From Minisyncoccia bacterium (GTDB taxonomy: Bacteria > Patescibacteriota > Minisyncoccia > Phycocordibacterales > Zambryskibacteraceae): 50,850 bases of DNA. Each line of letters starts with the position of its first letter. Positions within the stretch are counted from its first letter, which is position 1. The notes below the pieces were generated by a model, which was given only the letters and a program-made list of their open reading frames with translations, was not told the origin of the DNA and searched no databases. The DNA is taken from assembly GCA_049651785.1 (NCBI GenBank), contig JBASCT010000021.1, positions 1-50,850 of the forward strand, in the 5' to 3' direction. The translations under genes and the position numbers were made by a program. Positions 43,861-50,850 of this stretch are shown piece after piece.

Positions 43861-44589
43861 ATGATTGAATTTGAAGCAAAATTTTTAGATATAGAAAAGG
43901 GAAAGATTAGGGCACTCCTAAAACATAAGGGCGCGCGCCTTGTTAGACCTGAATATAGCCAAAAACGATTCAACTTTCACCTGCCTAAAGATAAGAGATC
44001 TAATGATGCTTGGTTAAGAGTTCGTAATGAGGGTGATAGGATCACACTAGCCCTCAAAATGATTACGGGATCTAGCATAGAAGATCAGAAAGAAATCCAA
44101 CTAGTAATTGATAGTTTTGATAACGCAATTACTCTCCTTGAGTCAATAGGATGTGAGAAAAAAGCTTTTCAAGAGTCAAGGAGAGAGCTTTGGAAGTTAG
44201 GTCAAACAGAAATTACAATAGATGAATGGCCTGGATTGGAGCCGTTTGTTGAGATTGAGGGATCCTCTGAAGATGAGGTAAAAAACCCTATAGACAACTC
44301 TATCCGCCACACTCTCGAGGGTGGTCTCTCTGTAAATCTCTCAAGGAAGGACGGCAAAATTCTTTTCTTTGTCAAAGACACCGGTGTCGGTCTCTCGGAG
44401 GAGCTGAAGCCGAAGCTCTTCACCCAAGGTGGTCGTGACAAGAACTCTATCAAGATAAACATCAACTCCACTGGCTTCGGTCTCTCCTTCGTTAAATGTG
44501 TTGTTGAAGCACATAAGGGTCGTGTCTGGGCCGAGTCCGACGGCCCCAACAAGGGCTCCACTTTTTACATGGAATTGCCCGTGATTTAA
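43861..44589 (+). CDS. Chimeric ORF: C-terminally truncated CYTH (CyaB/triphosphatase-like) domain fused to a histidine-kinase HATPase_c fragment
   Basis: N-terminal IEFEAKF (ExExK) CYTH signature for about 140 aa. From ~44278 the sequence duplicates the last ~100 codons of the kinase at 37649..39274. Confidence 0.65.
   Translation: MIEFEAKFLDIEKGKIRALLKHKGARLVRPEYSQKRFNFHLPKDKRSNDAWLRVRNEGDRITLALKMITGSSIEDQKEIQLVIDSFDNAITLLESIGCEKKAFQESRRELWKLGQTEITIDEWPGLEPFVEIEGSSEDEVKNPIDNSIRHTLEGGLSVNLSRKDGKILFFVKDTGVGLSEELKPKLFTQGGRDKNSIKININSTGFGLSFVKCVVEAHKGRVWAESDGPNKGSTFYMELPVI
44290..44583 (+). repeat. Direct repeat copy 2
   Basis: See 38978-39271. The central ~110 nt are identical. Most differences are third-codon positions. 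Confidence 0.9.
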
Positions 44590-44590
44590 G

Positions 44591-45301
44591 ATGGTAACAA
44601 GTAACCAAAAAGAAGTACTTTTCAGGGAAATTTTCTCGTATATAAAAAAATACCAAGTTAAGTCACTCCTCGATATCGGAGCGGGGGATGGTCCTTTGGC
44701 CAAAAGATTGGCGGGCAAGGTTTCCGAATATCTTGCTGTTGAGCGCGACAGTAGGCGAGCTAAAAATTTAAGATCACTAGGACTAAACGTAATTCACGGC
44801 ACTTTTCCTGTAAAAACAGGGAAGAAGTTTGATATGGTGCTTGTCTCTCATTCCATACCAGAAAACGCTACATTCTATAAACCATTTTTAAAAAGAGCGT
44901 GGAATTTGGTTAACGGCGATGGGATTTTGCTGATAATAACTTTTAAAGGCCAACTCGGCGAGCTATATAAACTTAGAAGAGAATGGCGAGCTACTGATAG
45001 TCAAGGAAATCGAGACATGGAACCCTACAAACTCATGCTAAAGATTCTCAGAAGTTTTGGCGGTGTCAAAATTCATAGGGCCGTCAGCGAATTCAAATCC
45101 ACCAATCTTGCTGAAATCGTCAAGTTAACCATGTTATCGGTAGGTCCCGCGAAAGCAAAAAGACAAGCGTGCAAACAATTTCTCGGAAAATTTTTAAAGG
45201 ACAGCCGTCGCTCCAGGAAACCATACACCCTCAGTCACCAACACATCTTTTTATCCGTCCGCAATAAAAAAGGGCCAGCAACCTATGTTGCTGGCCCTTA
45301 A
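44591..45301 (+). CDS. Class I SAM-dependent methyltransferase
   Basis: Motif I LLDIGAGDGPLA. Starts 2 nt after the stop of the chimeric ORF. The 3' end runs through the terminator hairpin. Confidence 0.7.
   Translation: MVTSNQKEVLFREIFSYIKKYQVKSLLDIGAGDGPLAKRLAGKVSEYLAVERDSRRAKNLRSLGLNVIHGTFPVKTGKKFDMVLVSHSIPENATFYKPFLKRAWNLVNGDGILLIITFKGQLGELYKLRREWRATDSQGNRDMEPYKLMLKILRSFGGVKIHRAVSEFKSTNLAEIVKLTMLSVGPAKAKRQACKQFLGKFLKDSRRSRKPYTLSHQHIFLSVRNKKGPATYVAGP
45272..45297. terminator. Bidirectional hairpin terminator
   Basis: gggccagcaac-ctat-gttgctggccc, preceded by aaaaaa. Lies between convergent genes. Confidence 0.75.
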
Positions 45302-45315
45302 GTCAAGCGGGCACC

Positions 45316-45678
45316 CTACGTTTCGTAGTGACCCTGGTGTTGTGTACCGTCCGGCGTTCTGAGGCAGTGGCAGGCCATGCGAACATCTCCATCGCGGCCC
45401 AGGCGCCAGCTCGTCTCGAGGATGTTCTGGCCACGGACGACGTCGGCAGAAACGGATCTGATGATCTGCTCACGCGTCTTGCGGTTGGTGGTCTCGAACA
45501 GGACTTCTCCTTCATTGATTGGGAAGTGAGTGTGCAGGATGTTGATCCCGAAACGGTCAAGGGCGTTGTGCTTCTCGAGCACCTCCGCGAGTTCGCGGAA
45601 GAGCCCATCGTCCGCCGCAGTTTTCGGTCTGACCGAGTCGACATCTGGCAGTCTCGAATATGCAAGTGCCACGTTCAT
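45316..45678 (-). CDS. Hypothetical protein, 120 aa, GC-rich
   Basis: GGAGG 7 nt upstream of ATG 45678 (track ORF extends to 45723). MNVALAYSRLPD...ILHTHFPINEGEVLFET. Family not recognised. Confidence 0.55.
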   Translation of the reverse strand: MNVALAYSRLPDVDSVRPKTAADDGLFRELAEVLEKHNALDRFGINILHTHFPINEGEVLFETTNRKTREQIIRSVSADVVRGQNILETSWRLGRDGDVRMACHCLRTPDGTQHQGHYET

Positions 45679-45798
45679 CGTGTCGCCTCCGTAATGGGTT
45701 GGTAAAAAACAAATATTGCTCAACAGTTGTACGTATTTTCTGCCGCTACATTAAGTGTTTTTATCTTTTTTGTCAATCATACCATCCGTAATTCTCCC

Positions 45799-45828
45799 TT
45801 GTAGTCTAATTCGCGCGAATGATAGAAT
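45799..45828 (+). promoter_or_regulatory. Promoter with embedded palindromic operator ATTCGCGCGAAT
   Basis: TTGTAG 45799-45804, palindrome 45809-45820, TGaTAGAAT ending at 45828, ATG 6 nt downstream. Confidence 0.65.
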
Positions 45829-45834
45829 AAGGGT

Positions 45835-46110
45835 ATGAAAGACAGGGAATTAGAAAGAGTATTAAAAGCGCTGGCCAACAGAAGACGCCTTGCGATTCTT
45901 GAGAGCTTACGCAAAGACAAAGAAAAAAGTGTTGGCGAGATCGCCGATAGTATCAAATTATCATTTCGCGCCACCTCAAAACACCTATTAATTCTTGTCG
46001 GCGCAGAAATTCTTGATAAAGAACAAAGAGGGCTACAGATGTTTTATAGTCTGAATAAATCTGCTCCGGACGTGGTCAAACAGCTTCTCCGCACTCTCTC
46101 CCTAGTCTAG
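45835..46110 (+). CDS. ArsR/SmtB-family HTH transcriptional regulator (no Cys)
   Basis: LKALANRRRLAILESL......SVGEIADSIKLSFRATSKHLLIL winged-helix pattern. There is no cysteine in the protein. Confidence 0.8.
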   Translation: MKDRELERVLKALANRRRLAILESLRKDKEKSVGEIADSIKLSFRATSKHLLILVGAEILDKEQRGLQMFYSLNKSAPDVVKQLLRTLSLV

Positions 46111-46111
46111 C

Positions 46112-46138
46112 TAGTCTAATTCGCGCGAATAGGAGAAT
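46112..46138 (+). promoter_or_regulatory. Second copy of the operator (tagtctaATTCGCGCGAAT) with a GAGAAT -10-like box
   Basis: 19 nt are identical to 45802-45820. Lies 48 nt upstream of ATG 46187. Confidence 0.6.
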
Positions 46139-46186
46139 AGTTTGGGAACGATTGACCGAGGATGGGTGGGTTGCTAGAGTAGCGGC

Positions 46187-48643
46187 ATGAAAAGGTTTCC
46201 GGTCCTGATTTTAGCCTTATTTTTCCCCATTTTTGCGAGCGCCGCGATAGAGAATCCTTATGTTGTTGATGAGAAACCAAGGGTACTATTTGGAGACAGC
46301 GTGGAATGGAATGGTCACTACGGTTTGGAAAACTATGCTTACGAGTATGTGAATGGATACCTACATATAACATTTACTTATACTCATGGACCATTTTTCC
46401 CGGGCTATCCGCCAGTTTTATACATTACTGGTTCGGATCCACGAAGCACCTCGACGCCCGAGGTAATCGCTAATGAAGTTATTCTCGAACTCACACCCTT
46501 TTCCGGTGGGATTGGCGCCCCTTCTGGTTGGTATACATACGATATTCAATTTTATGAAAATCTTTATCATGTCACGATAAAACTTTCTGGAGTTTCCGTT
46601 GCTTACGAATTCGATAAATCCTATTCAGGATCTGGAGACAATAAGTGGGCAGCCCTAGCAAATAACCACCCAAATGTTGGGGACAATCAATCGATGGCGT
46701 TCACACCCGTCCCTGTTAAGGAAACAGGCCCGGTAGAAGAATGTTGCTCGAGCGTCCTTTTCTTGCCGGGGATGAAGGGCAGTGTGTTGAAAATGGGGTC
46801 TGACACTTTATGGCCGGCGACATTCTTTGGCAACGACTTGCCGGCGCTAGCCTTAACAGAAGAAGGGGAGAGTGTGAATAATGTTTATGTGGACGGAATC
46901 TTACAAGAATTTGCTAATGCTGATATCTATCTACCGTTCTCAACATTTTTGGACGGTCTTGTTTCTGAAACGCTGATAAACGATTGGCTCCCTATGGCGT
47001 ATGACTGGCGCTTTTCTCCGGAAAAAATTCTTGCAGACGGAGTTAAAACAGAAAGCGAGACTATAGATATCATTGAAGAAATAGAAGAACTGGCCTCAAG
47101 CTCGCAGACCGGGCAGGTGACTATCGTGGCGCACTCCATGGGCGGGCTTATGGGCAAGGCGATTATCAAAGAACTTGAGGCGCTGGGGAAGGATGATTTG
47201 ATTGATTCATTTGTCATGGTGGGCACGCCTCAGCTCGGCACACCACAGGCAATAGGGGCTCTTCTCCACGGTTATGACGAAGACATTTTAGGTGGGTTTG
47301 TCGTTGGCCCAGCTCAGGCGCGCACGGTGTCTCAGAATATGCAAAGCGCATATAACCTTCTGCCATCCAGAAAATACTTCGAAGAAGTAATTGATCCGGT
47401 TATCACCTTCGACCCCCAAGCTTCTTTTACCCAAGAGTGGAGGGATTTTTGGGGCGAAGACGGCATAAATGACTATAGCGGCTTCTCTTCATTTTTGACT
47501 GCTACTGGAGTAACTAGGGAAAGACCCGGCGAATTAGACCTTAGAAATCCTGAGGTACTACGCGCAGACTTGGTTAACACCGCTGATGAAACTCATCAAG
47601 TGTATGACAACTACGCATTACCAAGTCATATCAGAACGGTGCAGGTGGCTGGGTGGGGCTTCCCGACGGTCAAGGCCATTCACTATAGAAACCGACATGG
47701 TCAGCCGAGTTACGACGTGGCATTCACTGTAGAGGGGGATAAGACCGTTGTTTATAAAAGTGCAATTGCATCTGTTGGAGAAACGTATTTTTTTGATTTA
47801 GCCACATATAATTCTCTCGAAGATACACCAGATTTCCAGCATAGAAGCGTTTTAAATTCTTTACCAATACAAGATTTAATCAAAACCATTGTTGAAGAGA
47901 ATGATGTTACAACAAATTCATTCGTCAGAATAACAAAACCACTACCAGACGATGTTACTAGGGCTTTAATTGTAAGCGCACACTCTCCAGTAATTTTAGG
48001 CGTGTATGACGAATTCAATAATTTCACCGGCATTGACCCAAATCAAGATTTATCCGCAGAAATTCTGTCTATAACGGAAGACATTCCTGGAAGCGCCTTT
48101 TTGTACACTAGCGAGAGCCAATATATATTCTTACCGAAAGAAGGTCTTTATAACTTTGTCTACACGGGTATAGATAATGGCTCCACTACAATAGAAATTA
48201 AAGATTTCACAGCCGATGTTGTCACACCTATTACCGCCTATTCAGATATATCGACCACAGAATTGACCACGGCAACCTTTACCGTAAATAGCGAGAATCC
48301 AGATACTACGATAATAAAACTTGATACGGATAGTGACGGAGAACTTGATGAAATAATTGTCTCTGACGATGCCGATATCTATGATTTACTCGCACTTCTC
48401 AAAGATAAAATAAAATCGCTGAACATCAAGGAAAAACTAAAGGTTAACCTTTTAAAGAAAATAGAAAATCTAGAGAAAAAGATAGAGAAGAAAAAAGCAA
48501 AAGACAAATCACTAGAAACAATAAAGAAGAAGGTTGGGAATCTCATCAAGAGAATACTTAAGAAAGAAGAAAAGAGTGTTGTTAGCGAAGCTGATGCGCA
48601 GGAAATTATTAAACTATTAGAACAAATAGAAAATGCGATATAA
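46187..48643 (+). CDS. Large secreted alpha/beta-hydrolase (lipase/LCAT/PGAP1-like) with Lys-rich coiled-coil tail
   Basis: Signal peptide VLILALFFPIFASA. Nucleophile elbow VTIVAHSMGGLMG. C-terminal KEKLKVNLLKKIENLEKKIEKKKAKDK. Confidence 0.7.
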   Translation: MKRFPVLILALFFPIFASAAIENPYVVDEKPRVLFGDSVEWNGHYGLENYAYEYVNGYLHITFTYTHGPFFPGYPPVLYITGSDPRSTSTPEVIANEVILELTPFSGGIGAPSGWYTYDIQFYENLYHVTIKLSGVSVAYEFDKSYSGSGDNKWAALANNHPNVGDNQSMAFTPVPVKETGPVEECCSSVLFLPGMKGSVLKMGSDTLWPATFFGNDLPALALTEEGESVNNVYVDGILQEFANADIYLPFSTFLDGLVSETLINDWLPMAYDWRFSPEKILADGVKTESETIDIIEEIEELASSSQTGQVTIVAHSMGGLMGKAIIKELEALGKDDLIDSFVMVGTPQLGTPQAIGALLHGYDEDILGGFVVGPAQARTVSQNMQSAYNLLPSRKYFEEVIDPVITFDPQASFTQEWRDFWGEDGINDYSGFSSFLTATGVTRERPGELDLRNPEVLRADLVNTADETHQVYDNYALPSHIRTVQVAGWGFPTVKAIHYRNRHGQPSYDVAFTVEGDKTVVYKSAIASVGETYFFDLATYNSLEDTPDFQHRSVLNSLPIQDLIKTIVEENDVTTNSFVRITKPLPDDVTRALIVSAHSPVILGVYDEFNNFTGIDPNQDLSAEILSITEDIPGSAFLYTSESQYIFLPKEGLYNFVYTGIDNGSTTIEIKDFTADVVTPITAYSDISTTELTTATFTVNSENPDTTIIKLDTDSDGELDEIIVSDDADIYDLLALLKDKIKSLNIKEKLKVNLLKKIENLEKKIEKKKAKDKSLETIKKKVGNLIKRILKKEEKSVVSEADAQEIIKLLEQIENAI

Positions 48644-48652
48644 TTAGAGACT

Positions 48653-49069
48653 ATGAAAACTATCATATTGTTTTTAATCCCATCAATAATTTTGTTAATC
48701 GTTGGTTATGTATTTACCAACTCTATTAAATTTAATATTTGTATAGTTAATGAAACGGTAACAGAGGCGGCGTGCATAAATAAATTTGAAAGAATTGGTG
48801 ACCCGCTATTTTACGGCATGGGCGCTCTTACTCTTGTATTTTTAGTTCTACTATCCGCACAACAGGCGATTCCAGCTTGGAAAAAGTTTGCCAAATGGTT
48901 TATTCCGCTTGCCGCCCTTGTTTTCATATTCTATTCAGAACCGGGGTCTGGAAACTATTTTGCCCCCTATCCTGAACAGGTTTTCAAATGGTTAAGCGGT
49001 CTCTATGTGGTAATAAGTTTCTGGATTATCGGTCGTGTTGTCTTGAATCAAAAGAATCCGAGTAACTAA
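48653..49069 (+). CDS. Hypothetical membrane protein, 138 aa
   Basis: Track ORF with four hydrophobic segments. Confidence 0.55.
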   Translation: MKTIILFLIPSIILLIVGYVFTNSIKFNICIVNETVTEAACINKFERIGDPLFYGMGALTLVFLVLLSAQQAIPAWKKFAKWFIPLAALVFIFYSEPGSGNYFAPYPEQVFKWLSGLYVVISFWIIGRVVLNQKNPSN

Positions 49070-49093
49070 TAAGGATATTTAAGGCAGAAAATC

Positions 49094-49102
49094 TGGTATT
49101 AT
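49094..49102 (+). promoter_or_regulatory. Extended -10 box TGgTATTAT, 10 nt upstream of trpS ATG
   Basis: Same TGGTATTAT core as the three cassette-junction modules. Confidence 0.5.
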
Positions 49103-49112
49103 TGAGGGATAT

Positions 49113-50066
49113 ATGACAGAGAAGAAAGTTCTAGTTTCGGGCGTTAAGCCCACAGGGCGGCCGCATATCGGCAATTATTTCGGCGCGATGAAGCAATTCG
49201 TTGAGCTCGGTACCCTCTACCAGAGCCACATTTTCATCGCTGATCTGCACGCCGTAACGAGTGTTCAGAATGGAGATGAGTTAAGTAAGAACAGCTTTGA
49301 AGTGCTCTTGGACTACCTTGCTATAGGTCTCGATCCGCAGAAGGTCTCCCTCTACAAACAGTCGGACGTGCCGCAAGTGGCGGAGCTCGCCTGGATTTTC
49401 AATTGCCTCACGACGATGCCCTACCTCATGCGCGGACACGCGTTTAAAGACGCCGAGGCGAAGAATAAGGAGATAAATGTCGGCGTCTTCGACTATCCGA
49501 TCCTCATGGCGGCGGACATCTTAATCCAAGACGCCGATGTCGTGCCCGTCGGCGCCGACCAGAAGCAACACGTTGAAATCGCCCGCGATGTGGCGCAGAA
49601 GTTTAACAATACTTACGGCGAGACCTTTAAACTGCCCGAGGCGGTAATCTTGGACCAAGTGGCGACGGTGCCGGGTACCGACGGGAGAAAGATGAGCAAG
49701 AGTTACGGCAACACGATAGAGCTCTTCGCAACCGACGATGAGATTGAGAGGGCAGTGATGAGTATTGTCACCGACTCGACCAAAGATATGCCCGCGAATG
49801 TCTACGCGATACACCTTCTCCTTCGCAAGAAAAGTGAACTTGATAAACTCTACGACGAGAAGCGCGGCAAGTATCAGGAATTGAAAAAGGCCCTGATTGA
49901 GGACCTGAAAAAGTTTATCGGCCCCATACGCGAGAAGCGGCAGGCGCTCGAGCATGATAGGAAAAAGGCGCTCCAGATACTCGAGTCCGGCGGCCGCGCG
50001 GCGCGCCTCCGAGCGGAGAATAAGATGGCGGAGGTAAGGGAGAAGATAGGCTTGACACTTGCATGA
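49113..50066 (+). CDS. trpS: Tryptophanyl-tRNA synthetase
   Basis: GVKPTGRPHIGNYFG (HIGH), VPVGADQKQH, KMSKS (GRKMSKSYGN). Confidence 0.93.
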   Translation: MTEKKVLVSGVKPTGRPHIGNYFGAMKQFVELGTLYQSHIFIADLHAVTSVQNGDELSKNSFEVLLDYLAIGLDPQKVSLYKQSDVPQVAELAWIFNCLTTMPYLMRGHAFKDAEAKNKEINVGVFDYPILMAADILIQDADVVPVGADQKQHVEIARDVAQKFNNTYGETFKLPEAVILDQVATVPGTDGRKMSKSYGNTIELFATDDEIERAVMSIVTDSTKDMPANVYAIHLLLRKKSELDKLYDEKRGKYQELKKALIEDLKKFIGPIREKRQALEHDRKKALQILESGGRAARLRAENKMAEVREKIGLTLA

Positions 50067-50850
50067 TACAAGGATTCGTACACGCTCTAAGAGTGCAGTC
50101 AAAAATTATTTTCGTCATCGTGCGAAATAGAGGGGGGCTTACCCAGCTTGTTGTTACCGCCGACAATCCCGAGTTTGAAATCGCCAAGAACCTTTCTTTG
50201 GAATCCGTTATCCGTGCCGAGGGTGAGATGAAAAAGGAGAAGAATGCTCCCGGCGGGGAAGAAATGCATCCGAAAAAGATTGACGTCCTCTCCCGCGCTC
50301 TGCCCGAGCTTCCCATACCCGTCGTAACACTCAAGGGCGGAGAGGAGACGGAAGCACCCCTCCGCTTCGACTACCGCTGGATTGACCTGAGGAAACCAGA
50401 GCGCACTCAGATTTTCAAAGTTTGGACCGAGTTCGAGAAAGGTTGGCGGAAGTATTGGGACGACAACGACTACATCCAGCTTTACCCGCCGGCGTTTATG
50501 CCCACTCCATCCGAGAGCGGAGCGGATGTCTTCGAGGTCAATTACTTTGACAGGAAGGCGTACTTGGCGCAGTCACCGCAGTTTTATAAACAAATGGCCA
50601 TGGCGGCGGGGTTTGAAAAAGTCTTTATGACGTCACCCGTCTTTCGCGCCGAGCCGTCCTTCACCACCCGCCACCTTACCGAATTCACGGGCTGGGACTT
50701 CGAAATCTCATACATCAATGATCATCGCGATTTAATGGACGCCGAAGAGGGGATGATTATAGAAGGCTTCAAGGCGGTGCTCAAAAAGTTCCCCGACCTT
50801 GATATCAAGGTGCCTAAAAAACCTTTCCCGAGAATCACAATGCTTGAGGC
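50063..50850 (+). CDS. aspS: Aspartyl- (or asparaginyl-) tRNA synthetase, class IIb archaeal/eukaryal type, 3'-partial
   Basis: ATG 50063 overlaps the trpS TGA (ATGA). My own translation gives MIQGFVHALRVQSKIIFVIVRNRGGLTQLVV (OB fold) ... AQSPQFYKQ ... FRAEPSFTTRHLTEFTGWDFE (motif 2). The frame runs off the window end. Confidence 0.75.
   Translation, partial: MIQGFVHALRVQSKIIFVIVRNRGGLTQLVVTADNPEFEIAKNLSLESVIRAEGEMKKEKNAPGGEEMHPKKIDVLSRALPELPIPVVTLKGGEETEAPLRFDYRWIDLRKPERTQIFKVWTEFEKGWRKYWDDNDYIQLYPPAFMPTPSESGADVFEVNYFDRKAYLAQSPQFYKQMAMAAGFEKVFMTSPVFRAEPSFTTRHLTEFTGWDFEISYINDHRDLMDAEEGMIIEGFKAVLKKFPDLDIKVPKKPFPRITMLE

Larger units (their letters stand above)
32125..49112. other. Compositionally mosaic accessory region (cassette array) between ABC exporter and trpS
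   Basis: Abrupt switches between AT-rich and GC-rich blocks, repeated junction modules, a 294-bp direct repeat, truncated and chimeric ORFs, and SD-bearing genes among SD-less ones. No recombinase gene seen. Confidence 0.6.

Noticed and set aside
43785-43973. 62-aa minus-strand ORF.
   Set aside because: It overlaps the tRNA-like gene and the start of the CYTH ORF, and has no start signals.
45303-45705. Alternative frames 45303..45665 (minus) and 45328..45705 (plus) overlapping the chosen 45316..45678 gene.
   Set aside because: They lack a Shine-Dalgarno or promoter context. Their products are Arg/Ser/Thr-rich or lack features. The chosen frame has GGAGG at the correct spacing. Confidence remains moderate.
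32125-49112. Calling the accessory region a defined mobile element (genomic island, prophage, ICE or integron).
   Set aside because: No integrase, transposase, recombinase, phage structural or conjugation gene is recognisable, and no terminal inverted repeats were found. Only indirect scars are present (repeats, truncated genes, composition).
1-50850. Alternative genetic code (UGA recoding as in some candidate phyla).
   Set aside because: Conserved genes end cleanly at TGA (leuS, trpS), TAA and TAG, and no conserved protein is interrupted by in-frame stops. Code 11 is sufficient.

Overview
This 50.85 kb window reads like a small-genome bacterial chromosome, possibly CPR/Patescibacteria. That placement is an inference from compact housekeeping proteins, a DUF5679-type zinc ribbon, many membrane-anchored hypotheticals and almost no Shine-Dalgarno sites on core genes. 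Standard code 11 fits, since TGA, TAA and TAG all end intact genes.

Positions 1-32 kb are a GC-rich core, almost entirely on the + strand. It carries tag, a PQQ-type sugar dehydrogenase, a matrixin-like protease, an ECF sigma/anti-sigma pair, ychF, leuS, mltG, mnmA, an ATP-cone nuclease, mgtC, a family-4 UDG and alaS. It continues with infA-rpmJ-rpsM-rpsK-rpsD-rpoA-rplQ-rplM-rpsI, grpE-dnaK-dnaJ and an ABC exporter.

Positions ~32-49.1 kb are a compositionally mosaic, mostly AT-rich accessory region. Hand counts of single 60-nt lines give 17/60 G+C at 40501-40560 versus 38/60 at 25021-25080. No integrase or transposase is visible. The core resumes at trpS and a partial aspS.

The accessory region is built from cassettes:
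- a stand-alone acidic 48-aa peptide gene, an HExxH protein and a GNAT
- a MoaA/viperin-like radical SAM enzyme, a thymidylate-kinase-like kinase and a Nudix hydrolase
- an orphan histidine-kinase operon
- a ~5.3 kb very AT-rich cassette with an archaeal-type SAM synthetase homolog, a DUF4915-like propeller, a HIGH-less GluRS/GluQRS-like paralog, MetRS and an atypical tRNA(CAU); it is bracketed by a 294-bp direct repeat that creates a CYTH-HATPase chimera
- an ArsR-family regulator with duplicated operator next to an 818-aa secreted alpha/beta hydrolase

Three non-genic signals stand out:
- a conserved ~24-nt intercistronic spacer motif (TTCGA..CTCAC..) in five copies
- a 20-nt promoter/leaderless-start module repeated at three cassette junctions
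- -10 boxes 6-12 nt upstream of many ATGs, which suggests leaderless mRNAs

All functional calls come from motif recognition by eye. No database search was run.
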